From the NCBI GenBank assembly GCA_965209155.1, contig OZ242383.1, positions 2,176,001 to 2,240,000 of the forward strand: a stretch of 64,000 nt of DNA. The letters run 5' to 3'. The number at the start of each line of letters is the position of its first letter. The first letter of the stretch is position 1. The notes under the pieces are model-generated. The model made no database searches, was not told the DNA's origin, and worked only from the letters and a program-made list of their open reading frames with translations. Shown in pieces: positions 43,741 to 54,477 of this stretch. The DNA is from a bacterium. Lineage in GTDB: Bacteria; SAR324; NAC60-12. Position numbers and translations under genes: made by a program.

Positions 43741-44589
43741 TCAGCCATTCCTTTCCAGTTCCCAGACCACAACTATGGGGAGGCCCTCGACAGCGGCCTC
43801 CATCAGGTCCGGCATCTGGTCAGCGAATCCAAACGTGGCGATTTCCTTCTCTCCCCAGAGAGGTTTCAGGCATTGCATCACCTTGAGTCCTGCCTGCCAG
43901 AATGCACGGAGATAGTCCGATGGGAGGTGGATGCGGTTTTTGACGAACCCCATCTCGTCAGAGCTGCTTCGGTAAGCGCCGTGTGTGCTCAGCATCACTA
44001 AGAAGGGGTGGACATCCGAGATGACCACACGACCCCCGGGTCGCACGACCCTGGCGAGTTCTTTTACTGGAGGTCCCAGGTCCGGACTGTGAGTCAACGC
44101 CAGAGTGCAAACGGCGATATCCATCTGTCCGTCCGTCAATGGAATCGCGGTCAGGCCGGCGATTTCGAATCGTACCCCGGGGACTTTCTCAGAAGCAACA
44201 TCCTGCATTTCAGGGTTGCGGTCGATACCGGTGACCTGATGTCCCAAGGATGCCAGGTATGCGGCGTGTCTCCCTGTGACGCAGGCCGCGTCCAGGGCTG
44301 TCCCGACCGCGTAGAGATCGAGTAGACCATGCACGACGGGTTCCTCTGCGATCACCACGGGGTTCCCGCCGGCGTCGTACGTGTCTGCCCACTCCGAATA
44401 TCCTGATGAGACATCCTTCTCTTCCGCGAAGATCGGGTTGGACCAGGGCTCTTCTGCGAGCCGGCCAGCCAGCTCCTGTACTTTCCGTCTTCTGGCCACA
44501 ACGATGTCCGAGTCTGCCATCCAGGCTCTCAGGATCGCAAGGCCCTCCAGGCCAAGGATGAAGTCTCCAAAGGTCACTTGCTCCCCCAT
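43741..44589 (-). CDS. Class I SAM-dependent methyltransferase
   Basis: Y.EWADTYD, LDAACVTGRH (the usual Gly is Val), RVVRPGG, SDVHP. Confidence 0.85.
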   Translation of the reverse strand: MGEQVTFGDFILGLEGLAILRAWMADSDIVVARRRKVQELAGRLAEEPWSNPIFAEEKDVSSGYSEWADTYDAGGNPVVIAEEPVVHGLLDLYAVGTALDAACVTGRHAAYLASLGHQVTGIDRNPEMQDVASEKVPGVRFEIAGLTAIPLTDGQMDIAVCTLALTHSPDLGPPVKELARVVRPGGRVVISDVHPFLVMLSTHGAYRSSSDEMGFVKNRIHLPSDYLRAFWQAGLKVMQCLKPLWGEKEIATFGFADQMPDLMEAAVEGLPIVVVWELERNG

Positions 44590-44959
44590 TGCCCTGTCTC
44601 CTTCGTTTGCTGTTCGTCTTTCTTGAAAGTGGTTCAACACTTGGTGCTACCTGGCGGCGAGTTCTCCTATACACAGAGCCATTGGTCGCCAAGACAGTTG
44701 GAACCTACTTGAGTAGGTCCGGACGCTCCAGTCTCACATGGTCTGCATAAGGATTTCCAGGCCGCGGCGGGGCTCCACAGTGTGGGAAGACTCCCCATCA
44801 GTAGCATCACCAAGTCTCCTGCCCCGAATTACGGATCCCCTAGTTTCCAGCTTCCGGCTCACGACGGTTCTGGAATAAGGACGTGAGGTTTTTTCCGGAT
44901 ATTGCACAGCCTGGTTCTGGCCGATTTCAGGAAAGCCGGGACAGTCCAATGCTGATCTG

Positions 44960-45243
44960 GCTACATAGTAAAATTAAAAATTACACAAAACGATAGCAGC
45001 AGGGAATAGGTTTGTAAAGGCAAATTTCAGGGAGGCTTTCTTTGATTTTTTGGCAGGTTTCTGGACGGAATGCGTGGTCTGGAATGTTTCGCCGCCGGGC
45101 GGACCGGAAATACTGGATTTCAGACAAGGGGATCCCAGAAGTTTCAAGGCTCCATTTCACGTCACAAAAATAAGCTTCATCAGGCGGGAAGTCTCCCTAG
45201 GCATCAAGAGTCTTTCAACGCATAGCGCAAGGTAGCAGGGAGA
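44960..45243 (-). mobile_element. IS91/ISCR-like ori end remnant, copy 2
   Basis: 161-bp identity to copy 1, weaker similarity out to 45243; ends aattttactatgtagc. Confidence 0.7.
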
Positions 45244-45332
45244 GAAGGGAAGAGGCCCTGTCGAAAGGCCATAAACTCAAAGAATTCGTAATGGGCCTTC
45301 CTGGCGAACGTGAAGCGGGAAAAACGGAGGGC

Positions 45333-46343
45333 TCAGTCCAGCACTTTTACTTTCAGCAAGGATTGTTCTTTCTCCAATATTTTGACCCGGTTCTGCAGGG
45401 GTCGTCCCATCCCCTCCCAGTGGATTTCCATCACGTCGTCCTCTTGCAGGAAGATGTTCTCCCCGAAGCTCAAACCATCTGCTCCGAAGAAGTGAACGTG
45501 GGCGTCTCCAGGACGGCGATGCTTGGCATACTTGAAATGATGGTGCTCCAGATTTTCGATGCTGTGACACATATTGGCATCACCGCTTTTGATGGGTTTG
45601 GACCAGACGATGACCCCCATACGTTTAATGACCACTTCACCCTGGACCTGATCCAGCCTCTTCCCAATGATCAATTCCGGTCCCAAGGCGCATTGCCGGA
45701 GTTTTGAATGAGCCAGATACAGGTAATTCACTTTTTCCATCACATGATCGGAAAATTCGTTGCCGGTGCTGAAACCGACCCGACAGGGCCTTCCTTGCGG
45801 GTCGATGATATAAACCCCGGCCACTTCGGGTTCCTCTCCTCCATCATCGGCAAAGGGTAGCACCTCCAAAGCGTCTCCATGCGCTTTCAGAATATCCCCT
45901 TCCCCCTTGTAGAACCACTCGGGTTGCGCTCCGGCCTTTCCTGAATGGGGACGTCCACCTTCAACCCCCATGTTGTACATTTTCATGCTGTCGCTCGTTT
46001 CCGCACCAGCGCTTTCCCCTTCATGCATGCTCGCCCGGTCCAGCGCGCTGTTTTTATGGGTCAGTCCCGTCCCCGTGACCAAACAGCGGGTCGGATTGCG
46101 TGGAAAATCGAAAGCCGGGAGCAATTTCCAATCAGACTGACCCATGTAGATCGTGTCATAGTCCAGGCGATTTTCCGAGCGATGCGTTTCAATCAAATCG
46201 GAAAGCCGCCCTTGCCGGGAAACCGACTCCCACGCCAATTCATAAGCTGAGTCGTATACGTCCAGTAAAACCAGTTCATTCGCTTCCACTCGCGCCACCC
46301 GTCGTCCATGCTCAGGGTGTTGCAGTTGCACCAGACTTGTCAT
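45333..46343 (-). CDS. AraD1/GguC-like FAH-superfamily protein
   Basis: VTGTGLTH, QPEWFYKG, DGGEEPEV, NEFSDH, LAHSKLR. Confidence 0.88.
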   Translation of the reverse strand: MTSLVQLQHPEHGRRVARVEANELVLLDVYDSAYELAWESVSRQGRLSDLIETHRSENRLDYDTIYMGQSDWKLLPAFDFPRNPTRCLVTGTGLTHKNSALDRASMHEGESAGAETSDSMKMYNMGVEGGRPHSGKAGAQPEWFYKGEGDILKAHGDALEVLPFADDGGEEPEVAGVYIIDPQGRPCRVGFSTGNEFSDHVMEKVNYLYLAHSKLRQCALGPELIIGKRLDQVQGEVVIKRMGVIVWSKPIKSGDANMCHSIENLEHHHFKYAKHRRPGDAHVHFFGADGLSFGENIFLQEDDVMEIHWEGMGRPLQNRVKILEKEQSLLKVKVLD

Positions 46344-46559
46344 AGGATCACTCCTTGTTTCGGAATTTAAAGGATTTTCAATTTGAAAGGTATCCATGCT
46401 TGTATCACAGGTAAATGTTTGAAATCAACATCATGCAAAAACATGAATATTGAATCGTATTGTCTATCGCTTGAATCCATGCTATATCCTATGCATTCCA
46501 TGGCCACTCCTTGTGTTTGAGGTTTTTCATTCTGCTCAAAATGTATGTGGCATGGAACA

Positions 46560-46740
46560 CCTCGAATATAAAGATCAATTTTTTAATAATTGGACTCTCA
46601 ATAATAAATTCAATGATCTTCAATTTTTTACCACAATTTGGGCATAACAAGGGGGCGGTCTTGAAGACTTTATGGATCAGCCGAGCCCAATTCGCGCTTG
46701 CTTTAGGCCTTTCTTTGATCTTTTTTACCGGGTCCGGGTT
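46560..46740 (-). pseudogene. IS91-family (Y2) transposase C-terminal fragment
   Basis: WARLIHKVFKTAPLLCPNCGKKLKIIEFI resembles the IS91-type WARLI..V...DPL.CP.CG..M.IIAFI motif. Confidence 0.75.
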
Positions 46741-47326
46741 TGCGGAGGCCGAGAGGATCACGGTATTGCGCGAGGGCGACATTGCCGGTTGGGAAGAGAA
46801 GTCGTTCATTGGGAAGACTTTATACGAGACTTATCAACTGGAGGAGAGGTCGGTGGTGCGCGCGACAAGCCGTGCCTCCGCCTCGGGACTTTTCCTCAAG
46901 CTTCGAATCGACCTCGACAAGACCCCGTTCCTGTATTGGACCTGGCGGGTTGATGGGACGCTCGGCGATATCGACGAGCGAACGAAGGCTGGCGACGATT
47001 ACAGCGCGAGAGTATACGTGATTCGCTCTGACCCGGTATTTCTCTGGCGAACGCGTGCCGTGAACTATGTCTGGGCAAGCGCACGGGCTGTGGGTGAGAC
47101 GTGGCCGAATGCGTACACGGATCGTGCGCAGCACGTTGCGGTACGTTCCGGCGACACGCAGGCCGGCCAGTGGGTCGCTGAACGCCGTGACGTGCGGGCC
47201 GATTTTCGTGAGTTGTTCGGGGAATCCGTCCGATACGTCGACGCGATCGCAATCATGACTGATACCGACAATACTGGCGGCACCGCGGTGGCGTACTACG
47301 GAGACATCACGTTCTCGAGCGAGTGA
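46661..47326 (+). CDS. DUF3047-family exported protein
   Basis: ASASGL, TPFLYWTWRV, GDDYSARVYV, NYVWAS, AIMTDTDN; start uncertain (TTG with RBS aagggg). Confidence 0.85.
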   Translation: MKTLWISRAQFALALGLSLIFFTGSGFAEAERITVLREGDIAGWEEKSFIGKTLYETYQLEERSVVRATSRASASGLFLKLRIDLDKTPFLYWTWRVDGTLGDIDERTKAGDDYSARVYVIRSDPVFLWRTRAVNYVWASARAVGETWPNAYTDRAQHVAVRSGDTQAGQWVAERRDVRADFRELFGESVRYVDAIAIMTDTDNTGGTAVAYYGDITFSSE

Positions 47327-47379
47327 GCGTCGAACATGGCGTAAATAATGCGCGGCAAACCTGAGAATTGAGACATGGG

Positions 47380-48123
47380 ATGAATTTCAAGCCAACATTC
47401 AAGGTTCTGAAATGGGTGTGGGGGGAATCTGTTTGGGCCACAGGACGGCTTTTGAAATGGATCTGGAGCGAAGGTCTGATTGGGACATTTCTCGTCGGCC
47501 TTTTTGTCATTTTGCCGATTTTTCTCACCATCGCGATCATCCAGTGGTTCGTGCAAACACTGGAGGATGTGTTGGGGCCCGGGACGTTTTTCGGCAACAT
47601 CTTGACCTATAGTGGCGCCTTTGTGATCGGCTCGGACCGCGACCACATCGCGTTTTGGTTGGGGGTCGTCTTTACCATCACAACAATTTGGTTGCTTGGA
47701 GTCCTCATCAAGGGATTCGCGAAACGAAAAATCGACCATGTCCTGGGGGCAACGCTGAGCCAAATTCCGGTCTTTCGCACCATCTACAAGCCGGTTTCCC
47801 AGATTCTGAAGATTCTCAGAACCGATGAAGAGACCAAGATGAAAGGGATGACCGCAGTGTACTGCGGTTTTGGCGTTGAACATGCTGTGCGCGTCCTTGC
47901 CCTTCAGCCTGGACCCGATGTCTACACCTTCGACGGAGTGGAATACGTAGTCGTCTACATTCCCACATCGCCGATTCCCATGTCTGGCGGTTTGATTTTC
48001 GTTCGCAAGGAGACGGTTGTACCCGCACCGGAAATCAGCGTACAGGATGTAATGAAGCTGTATTTGTCCCTCGGTGCCCTTGGTCCGCAATCACTACCTG
48101 AAGCCAAACATCAAGCAATTTGA
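47380..48123 (+). CDS. DUF502-family membrane protein
   Basis: FLVGLFVILPIFLT, IPVFRTIY, VYIPTSPIPMSG. Confidence 0.85.
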   Translation: MNFKPTFKVLKWVWGESVWATGRLLKWIWSEGLIGTFLVGLFVILPIFLTIAIIQWFVQTLEDVLGPGTFFGNILTYSGAFVIGSDRDHIAFWLGVVFTITTIWLLGVLIKGFAKRKIDHVLGATLSQIPVFRTIYKPVSQILKILRTDEETKMKGMTAVYCGFGVEHAVRVLALQPGPDVYTFDGVEYVVVYIPTSPIPMSGGLIFVRKETVVPAPEISVQDVMKLYLSLGALGPQSLPEAKHQAI

Positions 48124-48221
48124 AAATTTTGCTACGAGGAAGGATAGCTCCTGTGAATGGAATAGGGCAAAAAGAGGTCAAGTCTTCCAAAAGTGCTGGT
48201 AATTTGAATTTGTGTAAATGA

Positions 48222-48881
48222 TTACCAGGCTTCCAGATGAATGACGTCATGCAGGGGTTTTCGGGCCGCAGCTTTGAATTGCGTGCCCCGGGTGTGGGCC
48301 ACCGGAACAAGGGCCACTTGGGTGACCGTTTGGAAAGGAATACCGAGAATTTCTGCGACTTCCTTTTCATGTGGGAGGTGCAGTGAGGTCCAGCAAGTGC
48401 CCAACCCGCGAGAACGCGCCGCGAGCATGAAGCTCCATATTGCAGGGATAATGGAGGCATAAGTTCCGGCAAGATCAGCATTTGACACCCCCACATCCTC
48501 CACGCGCCCTGAAATACAAGGGATGAGAAAAACAGGAACTTTTTCCAGATTCCCGGCGAGATATGCTGCTGAGTCGAAAATTCGTTTTTGCGCAGGTGCC
48601 AGAATTGGATCGTCCTGATGCAGATTATGCGCCGCTCCTGGCATTTCTGCGTAACGTTGCCAGGATTGTCGGTACAACTGAGCAATTTGGAGTTTCTTAT
48701 TGTAGTCGGTGAGCACCAGGAAGTGCTAGTTTTGGGAATTGGATCCGCTTGGCGCCTGGAGCGCAAGCTCCAGACATTCTTTGACCAGGCTGATCTCAAC
48801 GGGTCGGTTCAAGTCCAAACGCTTTCTTACTGCTCTTGTCGTCGATAACAATTCATCGACTGGTAAATTGAGATGGGTCAT
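48222..48881 (-). pseudogene. Nitroreductase family gene with an in-frame TAG at 48726-48728
   Basis: DELLSTTRAVRKRLD...QAPSGSNSQN*HFLV (the stop replaces the usual Trp), then ARSRGLGTCWT. Confidence 0.88.
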
Positions 48882-49024
48882 CAATACTCCTTAAAACAAT
48901 TCCGGAAGTAAGATTGAGATTTTTATACTCACAACTCCCTTCAACAGATGGATTCAGCATAGGTTTAGTTGCTATTCGGAATTCAGTCAAGATTGAATCA
49001 GAAAAAAATCGTTATTGTCGATTT

Positions 49025-51823
49025 TTATCGATTGATTGCCGTCTGCAAGGAAGGGATCAAGGACGCCATCAATCGTCGCGTATGGCGTAATTGAAGGACT
49101 TTGGTTTCGTCCGCGAAAGCTGGCACAGGTGGGGTGTCGGGTTCGACTTCAAAAAGCACCTGTCCCCGTCGAACGACGGCCCCACAGTTTCCTTCCACGA
49201 CGACTTTTTTGATCGTTCCTGAAAATTCCGCAAAGATCGGATTGAACATTTTCATCACTTCGAGAACTCCCAAAGTGTCGCCTTTTTCAAAATGGTCTCC
49301 GGGTTGAACAAAAGGGGCCGCATCGGGTGTTTCTTTCGTATAGAATGTTCCCCCGGTCCAACTTAAAATTTCATATCCACTGGCAGGAGGAGCAGGGGCC
49401 AGGTTTTGGATCAAGCGGTTGACTTGTTTCTGGTCTTTGAAAGAGGGGGGAATCTCAATGGTCAGGTCTTCTTTGCTCCGAAACTCAAAATACCGGGCTT
49501 CCCTCGCTATCAACAGGGGCAGTTTCAACAGGTCCATTCCCAGCTGGAATCCGCGATGAGATATACGGATTTCATTCCATTGTTCCGCAGAAAAAACCTG
49601 GGAGGGCTCACCTGTTTGCATGAGGAACGCTTCCAAACGCTCCCAGGGCATTCCCGGATCTCCCAGACGGTGTTGCAATTCATCGTAGAAGGCCAATCCG
49701 GTCGCGAGCAATTGTTGATCTTCCTGCCAGATTTTGTGGGCTGCAGGTACATTGGGTCGTTCCTCGAGTCTCAGATAAAAATACAGGTCACGCAGAATGC
49801 GTAGCGGATTGATCTTCCATCGAAACTGATTATTTTCATAAATGAACTGGTTCTGGAAACCGAAAGCCACCCAGCCGGCCAGGAGATGAGTGTTTCCCAG
49901 CAATCGTTGCAAAGGACGGAGTATCAGATTCAACTTGCTGCGTAAAACGCGCTCTCCTTCTTTTCCAAGCGATTCAACCAGCGAATCACTTAAGAAATTC
50001 CACGCCACCGTCAATTCCAAAGGGGCGGCCACTTCATGCATCCTTCCGATCATTGTCAGGTAAGAAAGAACAAAGCGCGTGTTGGGTTTCGACATCACGT
50101 CATTGCCGATCAACCAATGTAACAGACCGTAATGAAAATCGACGTTGAGTTGCACGTTTTCCCCCCTGACTTCCATCCTGCGCAGGCAATCGGCCAGTTT
50201 TTGCATGTTGTCCGGACGGGAGCACCCTGCGCAAACCACCAGGGCTACGTTGCTGTCATATCCACCTGCCAGGTGATGGTGCTGGAATAATTGCGTGTCC
50301 GGATTGAGTACGCCAATCCCCTGGTCGTCACGCCACTCTCCTTCCACAGGAGGAGACCAGTAATGCAGAATCCCACCAGCATGGGGCTGTAGAGCCGCAT
50401 TCATGGCATTGATCCTCACTTCCGCGCCTGAAAGGTGGCGGGCGAGCCGTTCTGGTTGGGGAACCCGCTTTCCATGACAGGCAACCAGCAGCATGGCTCC
50501 GACGAGCGAATCGAGCACGAAATACTCATCGGGATCATGGGGATTGACGAATTTAAGGGAATAAGCCATTTCTGTCACCCGGTGCTCGACTTGAATGCGC
50601 GTATTGGTTTCCATGAAATAATGAGAAGCGCCCTCCACAATGCATTCAAAGGTCGAAACCGAATCGAGCTGCAGGGCTTGTCCGAACCTCTCCGCGTCCT
50701 TGCACATCTGCTCCAGGGTTTGTAGATCTTCTATCAAAATCTGCGCCTGACGCGTCCTCCCCTGCTTCTGGTATGCTTCGGCAGAAGATTGCAAAAGCTC
50801 GGTAGTGAGTGAGGTTTCCAGCAGCTTTTGTTCATGAATTTGCAAAGAACAATCCCGACCTCCCAAGGCAAGGCACCAGTCCCCGTTTCCCAGGAGCTGA
50901 ATTTCATTGTGCCGGGTATCTTCGATATTTCGTTCGATCAGGAAGTTTTTATTGTCCCCCACGCCCGTGACTTGAGATTCAATCAAAACTTCCATCACCG
51001 CGTCCGCGATTTGCCCCTCGTTCGCAATAACGCGTTGTCCCTTTCCGCCTCCGCCAGCGACGTGTTTGAAACGAATGCGGCAGCCGGGGTATTTTTCCCA
51101 GATCTTTCGAACCTGTCGTTTCGTTTCATGCTGAAGCTCTTCGATGGAAATCAGGTCGATTTGTTGCTGAGAGGCAGCCTGCAGTACTTGTTCACTGACT
51201 TGTTCCTCAGAAGCGTTTTCAAAGTCGAGATGCGCTTGCAGACCATGCTCGTCGATCAATTTATGAAAATAGCTTTGTGGATTGTCCTTTGCTTTGCGCA
51301 ATAAAGTGAGGGCGGTGATATTGTCCACTCCCGGAACTACGGGAATTCCCAAAGCGACTGCCAGACGTTTGGCTCCATCTTTGGCTCCTGCTTTTTTCAC
51401 GACGCTCGAATGGGGGCCAACAAATCCGATGCCGGCATTTTCAATGGCAGCAATGAACTCCTTCTCTTCAGCCATGAACCCGTATCCGGCAAATACATGC
51501 GTGTAGTGATGCTTATGACAAATATCCAGGATTTGTTGAATGCGCTCCACCCGTTCTTCTTTAGTCGTTCCCGTATAATCGGAGATCGGATGGACCCGTT
51601 CTTCTCGCGGAGAAATAATTCGAAGTTCGGGTGCCAGGGTTTTCGCATAAACCATACTGTCTTTTTCGGACAAGAGAATGCCGGAAGGTTGTGCTCCCAT
51701 TGCCGTGAAAACGTCCAGGGCTTCTTTACGAACCGGTCCCCGGCAGACAATCAGGCACTTGACGTCTTCGAAATGAAAACTGTCACTCCAGGTCCCCTTT
51801 TTTGAAAATGAAATTACCTCCAT
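49025..51823 (-). CDS. Biotin carboxylase-BCCP fusion protein
   Basis: FAGYGFMAE, GGGGKGQR, RDCSLQ, ETNTRIQVEH, biotin site EVMKM. Confidence 0.9.
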   Translation of the reverse strand: MEVISFSKKGTWSDSFHFEDVKCLIVCRGPVRKEALDVFTAMGAQPSGILLSEKDSMVYAKTLAPELRIISPREERVHPISDYTGTTKEERVERIQQILDICHKHHYTHVFAGYGFMAEEKEFIAAIENAGIGFVGPHSSVVKKAGAKDGAKRLAVALGIPVVPGVDNITALTLLRKAKDNPQSYFHKLIDEHGLQAHLDFENASEEQVSEQVLQAASQQQIDLISIEELQHETKRQVRKIWEKYPGCRIRFKHVAGGGGKGQRVIANEGQIADAVMEVLIESQVTGVGDNKNFLIERNIEDTRHNEIQLLGNGDWCLALGGRDCSLQIHEQKLLETSLTTELLQSSAEAYQKQGRTRQAQILIEDLQTLEQMCKDAERFGQALQLDSVSTFECIVEGASHYFMETNTRIQVEHRVTEMAYSLKFVNPHDPDEYFVLDSLVGAMLLVACHGKRVPQPERLARHLSGAEVRINAMNAALQPHAGGILHYWSPPVEGEWRDDQGIGVLNPDTQLFQHHHLAGGYDSNVALVVCAGCSRPDNMQKLADCLRRMEVRGENVQLNVDFHYGLLHWLIGNDVMSKPNTRFVLSYLTMIGRMHEVAAPLELTVAWNFLSDSLVESLGKEGERVLRSKLNLILRPLQRLLGNTHLLAGWVAFGFQNQFIYENNQFRWKINPLRILRDLYFYLRLEERPNVPAAHKIWQEDQQLLATGLAFYDELQHRLGDPGMPWERLEAFLMQTGEPSQVFSAEQWNEIRISHRGFQLGMDLLKLPLLIAREARYFEFRSKEDLTIEIPPSFKDQKQVNRLIQNLAPAPPASGYEILSWTGGTFYTKETPDAAPFVQPGDHFEKGDTLGVLEVMKMFNPIFAEFSGTIKKVVVEGNCGAVVRRGQVLFEVEPDTPPVPAFADETKVLQLRHTRRLMASLIPSLQTAINR

Positions 51824-51965
51824 TGGCCTCTTTCCGGGCAGACAATTGCCGGATGTCAAAAAGAGTATGCTTTTCGTTCGTTCACGAAACACATGATTGG
51901 CTCAGGCAGGATCATTTTTTACGCTCCTTTCCATTTCAACACGATGGTTCGCAGCCGTGAAGATT

Positions 51966-52532
51966 CTACGCAGGGGATTGCTTTTGCAATCCATACTCGT
52001 TTGCGACCACTTTGATTGTTTCGTCATAAACGGATTCCAACTGCGCATTACAACCTCGCAATCCTGCCATCACCTGGTTGCTCCATGCGAGGTACTGCCG
52101 GATGCGTTCCAGGGGCCAATCGGTCGGAGGATTGCGGAGTAAATCGCGAATGTTGCAAATTTTATCCGCAATCTTGATTTGTTTGGCACCATTGCTGGAG
52201 GCGGAGGCACGCAAGATTTGCAATTGCTTGCGTTCTTCTTTGGGAAGGCTCTTATCATCAGAGACTTCCTGAACCCATGCCAGAATTTTTTCACCAAAAT
52301 GAGTTTGAATTTCTACATGAGTGGTTTGCGTGTCTTCCAGAGTATCATGCAGAATGCCTGCAACTATGATTTCAGCGTCCCGTACGTTGCCTTCACGCCA
52401 GAGTACTTCCGCTACGTCGATCAGGTGATTGATATAAGGAGTTTCACCGTCCTTGCGATGTTGGATGCGGTGTTTGCCGGCAGCGAAACAAAGCGCGCGA
52501 AGGATCAGGGAAATGCCGGAATTTTCAAACAT
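51966..52532 (-). CDS. HD-domain (p)ppGpp hydrolase-like protein (Mesh1/SAH type)
   Basis: H..Q.RK...PYINH, LHDTLEDT, EVSDDKSL, IADKICN. Confidence 0.9.
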   Translation of the reverse strand: MFENSGISLILRALCFAAGKHRIQHRKDGETPYINHLIDVAEVLWREGNVRDAEIIVAGILHDTLEDTQTTHVEIQTHFGEKILAWVQEVSDDKSLPKEERKQLQILRASASSNGAKQIKIADKICNIRDLLRNPPTDWPLERIRQYLAWSNQVMAGLRGCNAQLESVYDETIKVVANEYGLQKQSPA

Positions 52533-52759
52533 CGTGAAATTTATAATCACTTGCGGTGGAAAAGTAAATCCTGGTTCACGAACCATAGATTTCAAAACTG
52601 TGACAACTGTCGTATTGGTTCGATAAAGAGTACCTCGACTTCATCAAAACACAATCTCCAACTTGGAGAGCATGTGGATCTTTGCTGCACTTTGTATTTA
52701 AATTCGTCAAGAAATGTGCCATGCTCCTTTCAAATCCAATCGTTTTCATTTCAGAGAGA

Positions 52760-54382
52760 ATGGCAAGCGCAATGAACAAGCAAGAACTGTGGCGGCGTTA
52801 TCAGAAATATCTCAGTGCGCATCCTGCCGTAGGTCTCACTCTGGACGTTTCCTCCATGAATTTTCCGCATCAATTCCTGGAAGAGATGGCGTCTCCCATG
52901 CAGCAGGCCTTTGAGCAGATGGATGCTTTGGAGAATGGAAGCATTGCGAATGCGGACGAAAATCGCATGGTCGGACATTACTGGTTGCGTCATCCCGCCC
53001 TGGCCCCTTCCCAGAGTATTCAAACGGTGATTGAAAACAACATATCTGAAATCAAGAATTTTAGCGGGAAAATACATGAGGGAATTCTTCGTTCTCCAAA
53101 AGGCGATCCCTTTCGGAAAATCCTGTTGGTGGGTATTGGTGGCTCTGCCCTGGGCCCGCAATTCATCCACCAGGCGTTGGGCGTGTCGGAAAACCGAATG
53201 GCATTTTATTGTCTGGACAATACCGACCCCGATGGAATGGACCTCCTCTTCGCTGATATCGGTCCTCACTTGTCGGAAACACTGGTCTTGGTGATTTCCA
53301 AATCAGGGGGAACCATTGAAACTCGCAATGGGATGCGGGAAGTCAAAGCGGCTTACCAGAGAGCAGGGTTAAAATTTGCCGGACATGCCGTCGCCGTCAC
53401 GGGTCCAGGCAGCGCCCTGGAAGAAAAAGCGTTGGCAGAAGGGTGGCTCGATATTTTTCCGATGTGGGAATGGGTGGGCGGAAGAACCTCCTTGTTTTCC
53501 ACAGTTGGATTACTCCCCGCCTCCCTGGAGGGAATCGAGATCGATGGCTTGCTGAGGGGAGCTGCCAATATGGACCAGGTTACCCGGCAATCCGAGATTC
53601 GACAAAACCCCTCCGCGCTGCTGGCATTGATGTGGTATTACGCGGGGGAGGGAAAGGGAAATAAGAACATGGTGATTCTGCCATACAAGGACCGCCTGGG
53701 TTTTTTAAGCCGCTACTTGCAACAATTAATCATGGAATCGCTCGGGAAAGAAAAAAATATCTCGGGAGAGGTCGTCCAGCAGGGAATCAGCGTATATGGC
53801 AACAAAGGCGCAACCGATCAACACGCCTTTATTCAACAACTGAGAGAAGGCAAAGCGGATTTTTTCGTCACCTTCATCCAAGTTTTACAAGAAAGAATTC
53901 CCCCCCCCTCGAACGACGAAGAAAAAAGCCCGGACACGCAACCTTCTATTACCACAGGCGATTTCCTGCAAGGTTTTTTACTGGGCACGGAGGAAGCTTT
54001 GCACGAGAATGGCCGGGATTCGATGACGATCACCCTTGATGCCGTAAACGCCACTACCATAGGCGCATTGATTGCGTTGTACGAACGGGCGGTGGGATTC
54101 TACGCCTCCCTCGTTCAAATCAACGCCTACCATCAACCCGGGGTGGAAGCAGGAAAAAAAGCGGCAAACAACGTGATTGAACTGCAAGCGAAAATTCTAC
54201 AATTCCTGCAATCTCATCCTGGTGAACCTTTCACCCTACAGGAAATCACGACCGCCATCGATCATCCGGATGATTGCAGGACTTCGTTCAAAATACTGGA
54301 ATACCTGACCCGCAACGAACGGAAAATTGCCAAAATTCCAGGCAAAACCTATTTCGAGGGAACCTACGGATACAAGCCGTAG
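52760..54382 (+). CDS. pgi: Glucose-6-phosphate isomerase
   Basis: GIGGSALG, ISKSGGT.ET, VGGRTS, QQLIMESLGK, HQPGVEAGK. Confidence 0.97.
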   Translation: MASAMNKQELWRRYQKYLSAHPAVGLTLDVSSMNFPHQFLEEMASPMQQAFEQMDALENGSIANADENRMVGHYWLRHPALAPSQSIQTVIENNISEIKNFSGKIHEGILRSPKGDPFRKILLVGIGGSALGPQFIHQALGVSENRMAFYCLDNTDPDGMDLLFADIGPHLSETLVLVISKSGGTIETRNGMREVKAAYQRAGLKFAGHAVAVTGPGSALEEKALAEGWLDIFPMWEWVGGRTSLFSTVGLLPASLEGIEIDGLLRGAANMDQVTRQSEIRQNPSALLALMWYYAGEGKGNKNMVILPYKDRLGFLSRYLQQLIMESLGKEKNISGEVVQQGISVYGNKGATDQHAFIQQLREGKADFFVTFIQVLQERIPPPSNDEEKSPDTQPSITTGDFLQGFLLGTEEALHENGRDSMTITLDAVNATTIGALIALYERAVGFYASLVQINAYHQPGVEAGKKAANNVIELQAKILQFLQSHPGEPFTLQEITTAIDHPDDCRTSFKILEYLTRNERKIAKIPGKTYFEGTYGYKP

Positions 54383-54446
54383 CGTCCTTTGGGATTCCTT
54401 ATTCCGGGAGATAATCGAAAATGGTTTTCCTTTTCAGGGGCCCATC

Positions 54447-54477
54447 AAAACCACCTTCTAAGAAGGTGGATTCTTTT
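54447..54477. terminator. Bidirectional terminator between pgi and the Fic gene
   Basis: aaaa-ccaccttct-a-agaaggtgg-attctttt. Confidence 0.65.
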
